Shown: positions 1 through 9,271 of the stretch, piece by piece
Position numbering within the stretch: position 1 is the first letter of the stretch
Layout: each line of letters opens with the position of its first letter
Assembly (NCBI GenBank): GCA_016177765.1
Contig: JACOUP010000008.1
Coordinates: 65,021 to 129,020 of the forward strand
Length of the DNA stretch: 64,000 bases
Origin: Deltaproteobacteria bacterium
Lineage (GTDB): Bacteria; UBA10199; JACPAL01; JACOUP01
Reading direction: 5' to 3'
Made by a program: the position numbers and the translations under genes
Notes under the pieces: model-generated
Seen by the model: only the letters and a program-made list of their open reading frames with translations
Told to the model about the DNA's origin: nothing
Databases searched by the model: none

Positions 1-259
1 TGACGATCTCCGGGTCACTGCCAACCTTGATCGATTCAAGCTTGAAATTGCCATCAGGATCAGTTCCCGGCTCAATCGCAATGCCAATAATATGGAGTGT
101 TTCTTCAAGATTTTCATTCCTGAACGGGATTTCCTTGGTGTTTTCACCGCAAAGGGCGGTCTCCTCAAAGGAGACCCCATAGAGCTCCCCCATCGGATCC
201 TTGGAACAGGAAGCAACCCCCAGGAAAATAGCGAAGAATAAGAGGCTTCGTAGTCTCAT
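1..259 (-). CDS. Partial (C-terminus runs off the window) predicted lipoprotein; N-terminus MRLRSLLFFAIFLGVASCSKD carries a lipobox (VASC).
   Basis: My own translation of the reverse complement of 1-259. The ORF track omits it because it is truncated at the window edge. It has a signal peptide plus Cys lipobox. Confidence 0.4.
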   Translation of the reverse strand, partial: MRLRSLLFFAIFLGVASCSKDPMGELYGVSFEETALCGENTKEIPFRNENLEETLHIIGIAIEPGTDPDGNFKLESIKVGSDPEIV

Positions 260-303
260 GATTTTCTCTGATATTATTATCGGCGCCACCCGGAAAATGG
301 TTG

Positions 304-711
304 CTACTTAAAAAACCCTCTCTCTTCAAGGTAGCGCGGGTAAAGGGTATAGGCCGGTTTGATAATCGGCAAGAGTTTTAAGATCTTGGGGATCGGCCCC
401 TTGGCCGTGATTTCGCGGCGCGTCAAGGCGATCATCAGATTCACCTGCCCCAGCCAGAACCGGTGAGCGACATCCGCCTTCATACTCATCTCAACCTCCG
501 GTTTTCTTTCGGTATCATTGGCCAAAATGACAACCTGGGGACCCGAGAGATCAACCGTGAGGGAGGCCTCCGGTTCCTTATAATTGAAACGAAGGATCAG
601 CCTCGAGGCGAGAAGCTTTGGGCCGATCCCCGGGTCCTGACTCAAAAACTGAAAAAAACCGCTGAGCACCTCAATGAGTTTTGCACTGTTTTCAAAGGTA
701 GCCATTGTCAC
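304..711 (-). CDS. SCP2 sterol-carrier-like domain protein
   Basis: 135-aa ORF whose composition and pattern (…FLSQDPGIGPKLL…VDLSGP…) resemble the SCP-2/sterol-transfer fold. Family-level call only. Confidence 0.45.
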   Translation of the reverse strand: MTMATFENSAKLIEVLSGFFQFLSQDPGIGPKLLASRLILRFNYKEPEASLTVDLSGPQVVILANDTERKPEVEMSMKADVAHRFWLGQVNLMIALTRREITAKGPIPKILKLLPIIKPAYTLYPRYLEERGFFK

Positions 712-752
712 CCTCCCCTCTATCCCCTCCCATCAAGGGAGGGGAATTAAAA

Positions 753-1946
753 TTAATAGGCCTTTTTTACCTGTTTCAGAATCTCCTCCTTAACAACCTC
801 ACGCGGGTTGTAGAAACTGGTCCCGTCGTCCACGGCCCCTTCGGCAATCGCCCCCAGAAGGTCCTCTTTAACCCCGGCATCCCGAAGACGAAAAGGGAGC
901 CCGCTTAATTTTTGCAGTTTTTCCCTCAGTCCAACAACCTCTTCGATCGCGGCATGGGCCATCTTGATATCGGAACTCTCTTGGTTCCATCCCACCAAAA
1001 TCCGGCCGATCTCGGCGTACTCCTCCGTCCTGGCCTCGAGATTATACTCCATCCCCCAAGGCAGAAAGATACTGTTCGCCGTCCCGTGGTGGATACCGGT
1101 CAATCCCCCCAAGGCGTGGGCCATTCCATGAACCACCCCGACCATCGCATGATCAAACGCCTGACCGGCCAGCATTGAGGCGGTAATCATGCCGGATCTA
1201 GCCTCCCTATCTTTCCCGTCCTCCACCGCACCCACGAGATAACGATGAATCAGACGAATCGCCTCCAGGGCCAGGGCATCCGAAACAGGATTCTTTTGAT
1301 TGCTGACATAAGATTCGATCGCATGGGTCAGGGCATCCATCCCTGTCGCGGCAGTCAGTCTGGGGGGGAGTGTTATCGTCAGTTCGGGATCCAAAAGCGC
1401 CAAGGTCGGGTAGAGATGGCTATCTACAAAAGAAAGTTTCGTGTGTTCCGCCTCGTTCAAGACGACCGCCGCTGAGGAGACCTCGCTCCCGGTCCCTGCC
1501 GTCGTCGGGATCGCTACCAGGGGACTGAGCGGCACTGAAATAGTTTGGGCCCCGGAATAATCCCCTACCAAATCACCACCGAGGGTAAAAAGGATATTGG
1601 CCGCCTTCGCCGTATCAATCGGGCTTCCCCCTCCAATCGCGATAAACCCTTCGGCCCCCAACTCCTTGGCCTGTGAGGCACAATTTTTGACAATGGTCAA
1701 TTCGGAGTTGGGAGGGATTTCGGAAAAAATGCCGACAACTTCAAACCCCGTTTTTTTAATTCCCTCAATAATAGGAGCGACCAGACCGTTGCCCACCAAC
1801 ACCTTGTCGGTCACGACCAGAAAACGGCGGATTCCCAAAGAGGCCAACTCAGAGGAGAAATCCCTGGCAAGACCGACGCCAAAGACAACTTTTGTGGGAC
1901 AGTGAAATTGATAAAACTCGGGAACCACGAGCGGCGAGGGAACCAT
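753..1946 (-). CDS. Iron-containing (group III) alcohol dehydrogenase
   Basis: 397 aa with the GGGSPIDTAKA motif and the His-rich metal site (HAIESY…HGMAHALG) typical of Fe-ADH. Confidence 0.8.
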   Translation of the reverse strand: MVPSPLVVPEFYQFHCPTKVVFGVGLARDFSSELASLGIRRFLVVTDKVLVGNGLVAPIIEGIKKTGFEVVGIFSEIPPNSELTIVKNCASQAKELGAEGFIAIGGGSPIDTAKAANILFTLGGDLVGDYSGAQTISVPLSPLVAIPTTAGTGSEVSSAAVVLNEAEHTKLSFVDSHLYPTLALLDPELTITLPPRLTAATGMDALTHAIESYVSNQKNPVSDALALEAIRLIHRYLVGAVEDGKDREARSGMITASMLAGQAFDHAMVGVVHGMAHALGGLTGIHHGTANSIFLPWGMEYNLEARTEEYAEIGRILVGWNQESSDIKMAHAAIEEVVGLREKLQKLSGLPFRLRDAGVKEDLLGAIAEGAVDDGTSFYNPREVVKEEILKQVKKAY

Positions 1947-1973
1947 GCCTTCCCAGTCGTGTCAAAAGGATTT

Positions 1974-2756
1974 TTACCGTTTTTTCAAAGGGTGCTCCAC
2001 CCAAAGGTGTCTTTTTTGCCGCGAGACCTCATTACGGACACCCCGGACAACGTTAGGGAGGCTGAGATGGCTCCCCATCTTCAGGAGCGTCTTGGGGACC
2101 CTGAGACCAGGATCGTTTTTCATATAAACAACAAAATCAGTAAGCCTTGAATTCTTGCCGTACGGCCCGATCTTGAAATACCCCTCGCTCTGTTTGAATG
2201 TCCCGATGAGCATCGTCCAATGGAGCTGGTACTGTCTCATCATGACCCCCGTTTCGTCCATCACCAACCGGTTGACCGCCCATCGGTTGGTCACCGGCCA
2301 CGGAAAATCATAAATCTCAAACAGATAACCCTCCCAAAAGGGTGTTCCACCCAAGGGTGCTCCACCCACCCACCAGGAGCCCTCTTTGATTTTCTCCAGC
2401 CGTGACCGCCAGGCCTCCAGCACCTCATCGGGCAAGGGACCGGTTTTGAGTGTCTGCCGGATTTGATCAAGGACCGGTGGCGATACCTCCTGAGAAACCA
2501 TCACGTGGGGAAAGATATCTTTCCAATGGTTGAAGTCCGTAACCAATAACCAGACCTGTTCCGGATCGGCAGGGATCAAGCCTTCGGCCTTGGCTTCAAA
2601 ACCGCCACTCTCTTCATGATAACGGGAAGCCGTAATAATTTTCCAGTCTTCGAGCTGTTTCTGCCGCCCTTGAGGCAAAGCCAACTCATCCGCCTTTAAA
2701 AACCCAGGAATGACCAGAAGAAAAAATAAAAGGGAAAGGGGAAATCGGTAGGGCAT
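1974..2756 (-). CDS. Secreted hypothetical protein (N-terminal signal peptide); its C-terminus (…HLWVEHPLKKR) is encoded by a copy of the 15-bp palindromic repeat.
   Basis: 260 aa with a hydrophobic N-terminus MPYRFPLSLLFFLLVIPGFLKA. Repeat copies lie at 1991-2009 and 2333-2370. Confidence 0.5.
   Translation of the reverse strand: MPYRFPLSLLFFLLVIPGFLKADELALPQGRQKQLEDWKIITASRYHEESGGFEAKAEGLIPADPEQVWLLVTDFNHWKDIFPHVMVSQEVSPPVLDQIRQTLKTGPLPDEVLEAWRSRLEKIKEGSWWVGGAPLGGTPFWEGYLFEIYDFPWPVTNRWAVNRLVMDETGVMMRQYQLHWTMLIGTFKQSEGYFKIGPYGKNSRLTDFVVYMKNDPGLRVPKTLLKMGSHLSLPNVVRGVRNEVSRQKRHLWVEHPLKKR
1991..2009. repeat. 15-bp-periodic palindromic repeat copy (GGTGctcCACCCaaaGGTG), 1.3 units
   Basis: Matches the dispersed GGGTG-N3-CACCC family. 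Encodes the C-terminal LWVEHP of the minus-strand gene. Confidence 0.6.
2333..2370. repeat. Palindromic repeat copy, ~2.5 units (GGTGttcCACCCaaGGGTGctcCACCC)
   Basis: In-frame in minus-strand gene 1974..2756, encoding GGAPLGGTP. Confidence 0.75.
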
Positions 2757-2760
2757 AAGT

Positions 2761-4137
2761 CTATCTTGTAGCTAGTTTGAGTTTACTGGCAGGGTCTTCC
2801 ATCGGGACAGGATAATTTCCGGTAAAGCAGGCGTCGCAGAACCATTCTCCCGGATTTTTTTCAAACCAATAGAGCCCTTGCGGTGAAAGATACCCTAAAG
2901 AGTCGGCGTCGATGAACTTTCTAATCTCATCAACACTCTTCGAGGCGGCAATCAGTTCATCCTTGTCTGGCGTATCGATCCCATAATAGCAAGGCCCTGT
3001 CGTCGGCGGGGAGGAGATCCGCACATGAACTTCCTTGGCCCCGGCGTCACGGATCATCTTGACGATCTTGCGGGAGGTTGTCCCGCGGACGATGGAATCA
3101 TCCACCGCCACAACCCTCTTGCCTTTGAGAACCTCCCTGACCGGGTTCAATTTAATTTTGACGCCAAAGTTCCGGATCGATTCCTTCGGTTCAATAAATG
3201 TCCGGCCCACATAATGGTTCCGGATGAGTCCAAACTGAAACGGGATTCCGGACTCTTCCGCATAACCCAATGCCGCCTGAACGCCGCTGTCCGGTATCGG
3301 AATCACCACATCCGCTTTTACCGGATGCTCACGGGCCAGTTGTTGTCCGAACCCTTTCCGCATCTCATAGACATCCCGGCCAAAGATATGACTGTCCGGC
3401 CTTGCAAAATAGATGAATTCAAAAATGCACATCGCCTTTTTGCGGGGGATCACGAACGGTTTTTGGGAATGGGCACCATTCTTGTCAATCACGACAACCT
3501 CACCCGGTTCGATCTCCCGAACGAATTCCGCCTCAATCAGGTCGAGGGCACAGGTCTCACTGGCCACGACCCACGAATCCCCCTTCTGTCCCAAAACCAG
3601 TGGACGCCAGCCGTAAGGGTCCCGAACGGCGATGATCCTCGTTTCCGTCAAAAAGAGCATCGAATAGGCACCGCGAATCTGGCTTAAGGCATCGATGATC
3701 CGGTCCACGAGGGAATTCTTGGGGGACTGCGCAATCAGGTGGATCACCACCTCCGTATCCATGGTCGACTGAAAAATCGCTCCATGGGCCTCCAGTTCGG
3801 CACGAATCTTCTGGGCATTGACAAGATTCCCGTTGTGGGCAACCGCCAGCCCCCCCCGGGAATAATCGATGGCGATCGGCTGGCAATTTTTCATCATGCT
3901 CTCGCCGGTCGTTGAATAGCGGACATGCCCGATCGCATTCTTGCCGGGGAGTCTCTGCAGTGCCGCCTCGGAAAAGATATCGGCGACATGACCCATATCC
4001 TTGTGACTGTGAAGAAGTTGGCCGTCGGAGGAGATGATCCCGGCGCTCTCCTGACCGCGATGTTGAAGGGCATAAAGCCCCAGGTAGGCAAGATTTGCCG
4101 CTTCCGGATGGTTATAAATGCCGACTATGCCACACAT
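2761..4137 (-). CDS. purF: Amidophosphoribosyltransferase
   Basis: N-terminal MCGIVGI (Ntn Cys1), a GATase-2 domain plus a PRTase domain, 458 aa. Overlaps purL by 13 bp. Confidence 0.9.
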   Translation of the reverse strand: MCGIVGIYNHPEAANLAYLGLYALQHRGQESAGIISSDGQLLHSHKDMGHVADIFSEAALQRLPGKNAIGHVRYSTTGESMMKNCQPIAIDYSRGGLAVAHNGNLVNAQKIRAELEAHGAIFQSTMDTEVVIHLIAQSPKNSLVDRIIDALSQIRGAYSMLFLTETRIIAVRDPYGWRPLVLGQKGDSWVVASETCALDLIEAEFVREIEPGEVVVIDKNGAHSQKPFVIPRKKAMCIFEFIYFARPDSHIFGRDVYEMRKGFGQQLAREHPVKADVVIPIPDSGVQAALGYAEESGIPFQFGLIRNHYVGRTFIEPKESIRNFGVKIKLNPVREVLKGKRVVAVDDSIVRGTTSRKIVKMIRDAGAKEVHVRISSPPTTGPCYYGIDTPDKDELIAASKSVDEIRKFIDADSLGYLSPQGLYWFEKNPGEWFCDACFTGNYPVPMEDPASKLKLATR

Positions 4138-6374
4138 TTTACAAAACCCTCTTTCCAGGCCTTCTGCAATTCGGCGGTCGGAACAGTGATCCAGGGATCC
4201 AGCCTAAAAGGCCCCCGGGTCACAACACCCAATCTTTGGACAGGGCATTTCTTAAGCCTAGCCCATCGGAGAAACCGCTGCAAATTGTTTTCCCGAACAG
4301 TGACAACAATTCGGGAGGCCGCTTCACCGAATAAAAGTAGGTCGGGGCGTAAGGGCGAACGGCCGTTCGCCCGTACCTTAATATCGACCCCCCACAATTG
4401 AGGGCCTGAAATACAACACTCTGCCAAGGCCACAGCCAAGCCCCCTTCCGAACAATCATGGGCGGAACGGATCCACCCCTTTTGAATCCCTTGGAGGCAG
4501 GTCTCCTGGACCTTCTTTTCCCTCGCCAACTTTAAAGGGGGCGGCGTGCCTTGAACCTTGCCATGAACAAGACTCAAATACTCCGACCCCCCCAACTCCC
4601 CTTCAGCATTTCCCAACAGAAAAACGAGATCCCCTTCTTCCTTGAACCATTGGGTACAATGGGTTTTGACATCCTCCAGCAGGCCAACCATGCCGATTGT
4701 TGGTGTCGGATAAACAGATTGACCGAGACTTTCATTATAAAAGCTGACATTGCCGGAGACAATCGGTGTTCCCAAAAACAGGCAGGCCTCCGTAATCCCC
4801 CGGATTGCCTGCTCAAACTGCCAGAGGATTCCCGGATTTTCCGGGTTTCCAAAATTCAGGCAGTCGGTCACCGCCAACGGTTTTGCCCCGGAACAGACAA
4901 TATTACGGGCCGCCTCGGCCACCGCATGCATCGCCCCTTGATAAGGGTCAAGGTAGCAATAGGTACTGTTGCAGTCGGTGGCCATCGCCACCCCCTTGGG
5001 TGAATCACCCCTTGGTGAATCACCCTTGAGCGAATCGCTCCTTTTTGTTCCTTTGATCCGAAGAACCGCGGCATCGCTTCCCGGCAAGATCACCGTATCA
5101 GTCCCGATCATATGATCGTACTGATGATAAACCCACTCCTTGTTGGCGATATTGGGAGAGGAGAGAAGCCGGAGCAGGACAGGCGTCATCTCCGGCGGCA
5201 TGGAAATAGAATCAAGACTCAAGGAATTGACTTCGCCCAAATAAGAGGGTTTCTCCCTGGACCGTTCATAGCAGGGGGCTTCTTCAGCGATCGGGTGCGC
5301 CGGGATCTCTCCCACCAGTTCCCTTTCATTGAAAATCCGCACCGTACTCCCTCGAACTACCTTGCCGATAGCGGAAACATCCAGACCCCACTTTTTGAAA
5401 ATCTTCTCCACCCTTTTTTCAGCTCCTTTTTTGGCCACAAACAGCATCCGCTCCTGAGATTCAGAAAGCATCACCTCATAAGGGGTCATCCCCACTTCAC
5501 GGAGCGGGACTTTCGAGAGGTCCAGATCGATCCCGACATTCCCCTTGGAGGCCATTTCAAAGGAGGAACAGGTGAGGCCGGCGGCCCCCATATCCTGAAT
5601 CCCCACCAGGTCCTTCGTCTGAAAAAGTTCCAGACAGGCCTCCATTAGCCGCTTTTCGGTAAAAGGGTCTCCGACTTGAACCGTCGGCCTTTTTTCTTCC
5701 GATTTTTCGTCAAAGACATCACTGGCCATCGTCGCCCCATGGATCCCATCCCGTCCTGTCTTGGAACCAACGTAAAAGACCGGATTCCCCACCCCTGCCG
5801 CCTTGGCCTTGAAGATCCTGTTTTTCTTCACGAGTCCAACGCACATCGCATTCACAAGGTTATTCCCGTTATAGGAAGAATGAAAAGAGACCTCGCCACC
5901 CACAGTCGGAATCCCCATGCAGTTCCCATAGCCGGCGATCCCGGCCACCACCCCTTTGACCAGATATTTTGTCTTGGGGTGATTGGGGGAACCAAACCGA
6001 AGGGAGTTCAAGAGGGCGATCGGCCTGGCCCCCATCGTAAAGACATCCCGAAGGATACCGCCGACACCGGTCGCCGCCCCCTGGAACGGTTCAATAAAAG
6101 AAGGATGGTTATGGCTCTCCATCTTGAAGACAAGACCCAGACCATCCCCGATATCTACGATACCGGCGTTTTCTCCCGGTCCGCAGAGGACCTGTTTCCC
6201 TTTTGTCGGCAGTTTTTTTAAGAAAACACGGGAGCTCTTGTAGGAACAGTGCTCGCTCCACATGACCGAAAAAATTCCCAGCTCCAAAAGATTCGGTTCC
6301 CGTCCCAGAATGGTGAGAATTTTCTGGTACTCTTCCGATGAGAGGCCATGTTGCTGGACAGTTTTAGTATCCAT
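4125..6374 (-). CDS. purL: Phosphoribosylformylglycinamidine synthase subunit II
   Basis: 749 aa with AIR-synthase-related tandem domains (…HNHPS…, GxGG motifs). Carries the in-frame repeat insert [12 protein letters not shown]. Confidence 0.9.
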   Translation of the reverse strand: MDTKTVQQHGLSSEEYQKILTILGREPNLLELGIFSVMWSEHCSYKSSRVFLKKLPTKGKQVLCGPGENAGIVDIGDGLGLVFKMESHNHPSFIEPFQGAATGVGGILRDVFTMGARPIALLNSLRFGSPNHPKTKYLVKGVVAGIAGYGNCMGIPTVGGEVSFHSSYNGNNLVNAMCVGLVKKNRIFKAKAAGVGNPVFYVGSKTGRDGIHGATMASDVFDEKSEEKRPTVQVGDPFTEKRLMEACLELFQTKDLVGIQDMGAAGLTCSSFEMASKGNVGIDLDLSKVPLREVGMTPYEVMLSESQERMLFVAKKGAEKRVEKIFKKWGLDVSAIGKVVRGSTVRIFNERELVGEIPAHPIAEEAPCYERSREKPSYLGEVNSLSLDSISMPPEMTPVLLRLLSSPNIANKEWVYHQYDHMIGTDTVILPGSDAAVLRIKGTKRSDSLKGDSPRGDSPKGVAMATDCNSTYCYLDPYQGAMHAVAEAARNIVCSGAKPLAVTDCLNFGNPENPGILWQFEQAIRGITEACLFLGTPIVSGNVSFYNESLGQSVYPTPTIGMVGLLEDVKTHCTQWFKEEGDLVFLLGNAEGELGGSEYLSLVHGKVQGTPPPLKLAREKKVQETCLQGIQKGWIRSAHDCSEGGLAVALAECCISGPQLWGVDIKVRANGRSPLRPDLLLFGEAASRIVVTVRENNLQRFLRWARLKKCPVQRLGVVTRGPFRLDPWITVPTAELQKAWKEGFVKCVA
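4988..5040. repeat. Palindromic repeat copy, ~3.5 units, in purL
   Basis: cccttGGGTGaatCACCCcttGGTGaatCACCCttgaGCGaatCGCtc, in-frame, encoding [12 protein letters not shown]. Confidence 0.85.
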
Positions 6375-6419
6375 ATCTATATTCCCTCACCCTCCGAGAA
6401 TTCTTCTCTGCCTCAGCTG

Positions 6420-6443
6420 CCCTCTCCCACGATGGGGAGAGGG
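6420..6443. repeat. Perfect hairpin CCCTCTCCC-acgatg-GGGAGAGGG flanking the DUF559 cassette (purL-proximal side)
   Basis: 9-bp stem, 6-nt loop. Partner copy at 6831-6854. Confidence 0.7.
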
Positions 6444-6455
6444 CTCCAATCAAAC

Positions 6456-6818
6456 TTACATCTTGGAGCAAGTCGTCTTAATCTTTTCAAGAACTCTGGG
6501 CAGATTTGTTTCCACTTCACTATTTAAAATTCGTAAAATACGGAACCCTCCGTTTCCTAAAATTTTATCTCTCTCTTCATCGTATATTTTTTGATCTTCT
6601 TTGAGGTGATGCCCTCCATCTAATTCAACAATCAGTCTCTTTTCAACGCAACAAAAGTCAGCTATATACCCCCTTAGAGGTAGTTGACGTTTAAACTTGA
6701 GCCCTTTAAGACCACGATTACGGAGCTCGTCCCAGAGCAAACATTCGGCCCGTGTCATGTCATGTCTCAAAATTCGAGCCTTGACAACCTCCTCTCTTCT
6801 TTCAACACGATTGACCAT
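6456..6818 (-). CDS. DUF559 (Vsr-like endonuclease domain) protein; low-GC inserted cassette
   Basis: 120 aa (…CLLWDELRNRGLKGLKFKRQ…GYIADF…VELDGGHH…) typical of DUF559. The region is markedly AT-rich relative to its neighbours and is flanked by hairpins. Confidence 0.7.
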   Translation of the reverse strand: MVNRVERREEVVKARILRHDMTRAECLLWDELRNRGLKGLKFKRQLPLRGYIADFCCVEKRLIVELDGGHHLKEDQKIYDEERDKILGNGGFRILRILNSEVETNLPRVLEKIKTTCSKM

Positions 6819-6830
6819 GCCTTAATCCAA

Positions 6831-6880
6831 CCCTCTCCTCTTCGTGGGAGAGGGTGTCTCTCCGCCTCAGGCGGAGAGAC
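6831..6880. repeat. Two adjacent hairpins on the purQ-proximal side of the DUF559 cassette: CCCTCTCC-tcttcgtg-GGAGAGGG followed by GTCTCTCCGCC-tca-GGCGGAGAGAC (11-bp stem)
   Basis: The first hairpin shares its arms with the 6420-6443 hairpin. The second could also act as an intrinsic-terminator-like structure after purQ, though no U-tract follows. Confidence 0.65.
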
Positions 6881-6889
6881 GGGTGAGGG

Positions 6890-7639
6890 TTACAAAATCA
6901 CCGATTCAAACAACCGCCTCCCATCCACATTTCCCAGAAGCGGCTCGGCACACCGTTCCGGATGCGGCATCATCCCCAAGATATTCCCCTTTTCATTAAT
7001 AATGCCAGCAATTGAATCCAAAGAACCGTTCGGGTTCTCCCCTTCATAACGAAAGACAACCCTTTCTTCCCCTTTCAACCTTTTCAAGGTTTCCGGATCG
7101 CAAAAATAGTTCCCATCCCCATGGGCGATCGGCATCTTGACCACCACCCTCCCCCCCACCCCCATCCGCCCTCTCTGTCCCTTCGGGACATCTCCCCCGA
7201 TTGGCGGGGGAGTTCCCCCTCGAGGGAGGGGGATTAAGGGGGAGGGGGTGTAGAGTTTTGTAAACCGGGTATTCGTATTCTCCACCCTGAGGGAGACTGT
7301 CTTGCAAATAAATTGGAGGTTGGTGTTCCGCATCAGCACGCCGGGGAGAAGGCCCGCCTCGGTCAAGATTTGGAAACCGTTGCAGATCCCAAGAACAAGT
7401 CCACCCCTCCTGGCAAACGACAAGACCTCTTTCATGATCGGCGAAAAACGGGCAATGGCGCCGGTCCTCAAGTAATCCCCATAGGAGAAACCACCGGGGA
7501 GGATCAGACAATCCACTTTGGGGAGCCTGGTCTCCTTGTGCCATATAAAGGAGGCTGGCTGTTCCAGAAGGTCATGAATGGCATGGAAGCAGTCGTGATC
7601 ACAATTGGAACCGGGAAAGACGACGACACCAAATTTCAT
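6890..7639 (-). CDS. purQ: Phosphoribosylformylglycinamidine synthase subunit I (glutaminase); contains a ~30-aa in-frame palindromic insertion
   Basis: [17 protein letters not shown]…, catalytic Cys GICNGFQ, and HGEG-like PIAHGDGNY. An extra segment [36 protein letters not shown] lies between the conserved FTK and MPIAHG blocks. Confidence 0.85.
   Translation of the reverse strand: MKFGVVVFPGSNCDHDCFHAIHDLLEQPASFIWHKETRLPKVDCLILPGGFSYGDYLRTGAIARFSPIMKEVLSFARRGGLVLGICNGFQILTEAGLLPGVLMRNTNLQFICKTVSLRVENTNTRFTKLYTPSPLIPLPRGGTPPPIGGDVPKGQRGRMGVGGRVVVKMPIAHGDGNYFCDPETLKRLKGEERVVFRYEGENPNGSLDSIAGIINEKGNILGMMPHPERCAEPLLGNVDGRRLFESVIL
7141..7250. repeat. GC-rich cluster of mini-palindromes inserted in-frame within purQ
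   Basis: Contains GTCCCttcGGGAC, CCCCCGattgGCGGGGG, CCCTCGAGGG (a perfect 10-bp palindrome) and AGGGGGattaAGGGGGAGGGGG. This is a different family from the 15-bp repeat. Confidence 0.6.
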
Positions 7640-7875
7640 ACGATCTCAAACCTGTATGATTCAATCACCGTATTGGCGAGCAGTTTTTCACACATTTCTT
7701 TTACCCGCCGCTCCGCTTCTTCTTTATCTTCGGTGGTCAACTTCAGCTCGACATATTTGCCGATCCGGACATCCCGGACCTCCTCAAAGCGGAGGCTCGC
7801 CAGCGCCTGACAAACCGCCTTCCCCTGGGGGTCCAACACGCCTGATTTTAGAGTGATATAGATTTTTGCCGTCAT
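7636..7875 (-). CDS. purS: Phosphoribosylformylglycinamidine synthase subunit PurS
   Basis: 79 aa in a conserved position between purB and purQ, with 4-bp overlaps on both sides. Confidence 0.8.
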   Translation of the reverse strand: MTAKIYITLKSGVLDPQGKAVCQALASLRFEEVRDVRIGKYVELKLTTEDKEEAERRVKEMCEKLLANTVIESYRFEIV

Positions 7876-9167
7876 TTCTCAAAAACCCTCCTAAAAATAA
7901 AATCGACTTCTCTCAAGTGATGTTTCAGATTAAACGCCTTCTTGATGACCTCCGGCTTAAGGTGCCGGGCCACTTCTTTATCTTGCAAGAGTTCTCGCTG
8001 AAAATCGGCCCCTTTTTCCCAAACTCTCATCGCATTTCGCTGAACCAGTTCGTACGCCTTCTCGCGTGTCAGCCCCGCCCTGACAAGCTCCAAAAGGACC
8101 GATTCGGAATAGACAAGACCTCCCATTTTCTCCAAATTTTTCTTCATATTTTCAGGATAGACCACAAGCCCTTCAATCAGTTTCGTCAAACGAACCAGCA
8201 TATAATCCATCAAAATAGTGGCGTCGGGGCCAATCACCCTCTCCACCGAAGAATGACTGATGTCCCGTTCATGCCAAAGGGCCACATTCTCCATCGCCGC
8301 CATCGCATAGGAGCGGACCAGACGGGCCAGCCCACAAAGATTTTCAGCGCTGACCGGATTTCTCTTGTGCGGCATTGCCGAAGAACCCTTCTGCCCCTTG
8401 GTAAAGGCCTCTTCCGCCTCAAGGAGTTCGGTTCGTTGAAGGTGTCTTAACTCCGTGGCAATCCGCTCAATGGAAGAAGCGGTGATGGCCAAGCGACAGA
8501 AAAATACGGCGTAGCGATCCCTCGGGATCACCTGAGTTGCAACCGGTTCCGGTCGAAGCCCCAGCTTTTCACAAACATACTTTTCCACAAACGGGTCTCC
8601 GTTGGCATAGGTCCCGACCGCCCCGGAAAGCTTGCCATAACCGATCTCTCCTTCAGCCAGATCCAAACGGGTCAGTGCTCGCTTCATCTCTTCATACCAA
8701 CCGATGAGTTTCAGACCAAAGGTGATCGGTTCGGCATGGATGCCATGGGTCCGCCCAATCATCGGGGTCATCTTGTGATCCAACGCCCTCTTGCGAATTA
8801 CTCCCAAAAGGGCCTCCAAATCTTTTTTGAGGAGGGACGAGGCCTCTTTCAGTTGAAGAGAAAAACAGGTATCTACGATATCCGATGAAGTGAGTCCGAT
8901 GTGGAGGTAGCGAGCCTCCGGGCCGATATTCTCGGCCACGTTGGTCAGGAAGGCAATGACGTCATGTTTGACCTCCGCCTCGATCGCATCAATCCGGACA
9001 ATATCGAATTTTGCCTTTTTACGGATCGTCTGGATCGCCTCCGGGGGGACCAGCCCCTTCTTGGACCAGGCCTCCGCCGCCAGGATCTCAATTTCCAACC
9101 ATTTCGCGAACTTGCTCTCCGGCTCCCAAACGGAGGCGATCTCGGGTCGGCTGTAACGGGGTATCAT
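7872..9167 (-). CDS. purB: Adenylosuccinate lyase
   Basis: MIPRYSRPEIASVWEPESKFAKWLEIEILA… and a fumarase/lyase signature. The start is set at the internal ATG 9167; the tracked ORF is extended upstream. Confidence 0.9.
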   Translation of the reverse strand: MIPRYSRPEIASVWEPESKFAKWLEIEILAAEAWSKKGLVPPEAIQTIRKKAKFDIVRIDAIEAEVKHDVIAFLTNVAENIGPEARYLHIGLTSSDIVDTCFSLQLKEASSLLKKDLEALLGVIRKRALDHKMTPMIGRTHGIHAEPITFGLKLIGWYEEMKRALTRLDLAEGEIGYGKLSGAVGTYANGDPFVEKYVCEKLGLRPEPVATQVIPRDRYAVFFCRLAITASSIERIATELRHLQRTELLEAEEAFTKGQKGSSAMPHKRNPVSAENLCGLARLVRSYAMAAMENVALWHERDISHSSVERVIGPDATILMDYMLVRLTKLIEGLVVYPENMKKNLEKMGGLVYSESVLLELVRAGLTREKAYELVQRNAMRVWEKGADFQRELLQDKEVARHLKPEVIKKAFNLKHHLREVDFIFRRVFEK

Positions 9168-9271
9168 GGAGGCCCGCATCCCTAACAAAAAAAGGGGGTT
9201 GGTGCAAGGATGAAAAAAAGAAAGCAACTCTCTGAAAAGACTGACGAAAATATGTTCACAAAGGAGTCCTA

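Noticed and set aside
4988-5040. GDSPKG/GDSPRG tracts as a genuine conserved protein motif (e.g. collagen-like or integrin-binding RGD)
   Set aside because: The same DNA element appears in both orientations and multiple frames, giving unrelated peptides (GGTPL, LGWHT, APLGE), and also appears as a stop codon. The conservation is at DNA level, not protein level.
3025-6221. Multiple 150-220-aa plus-strand ORFs overlapping purF/purL (e.g. 3025..3687, 5112..5648, 5676..6221)
   Set aside because: They are antisense to well-supported pur genes and have no domain signatures. They are over-calls in GC-rich sequence.
6856-6880. 11-bp-stem hairpin as a Rho-independent terminator of purQ
   Set aside because: No U-rich tract follows on the transcribed (minus) strand and purL continues downstream in the same operon. 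It is listed only as a repeat or structural element.
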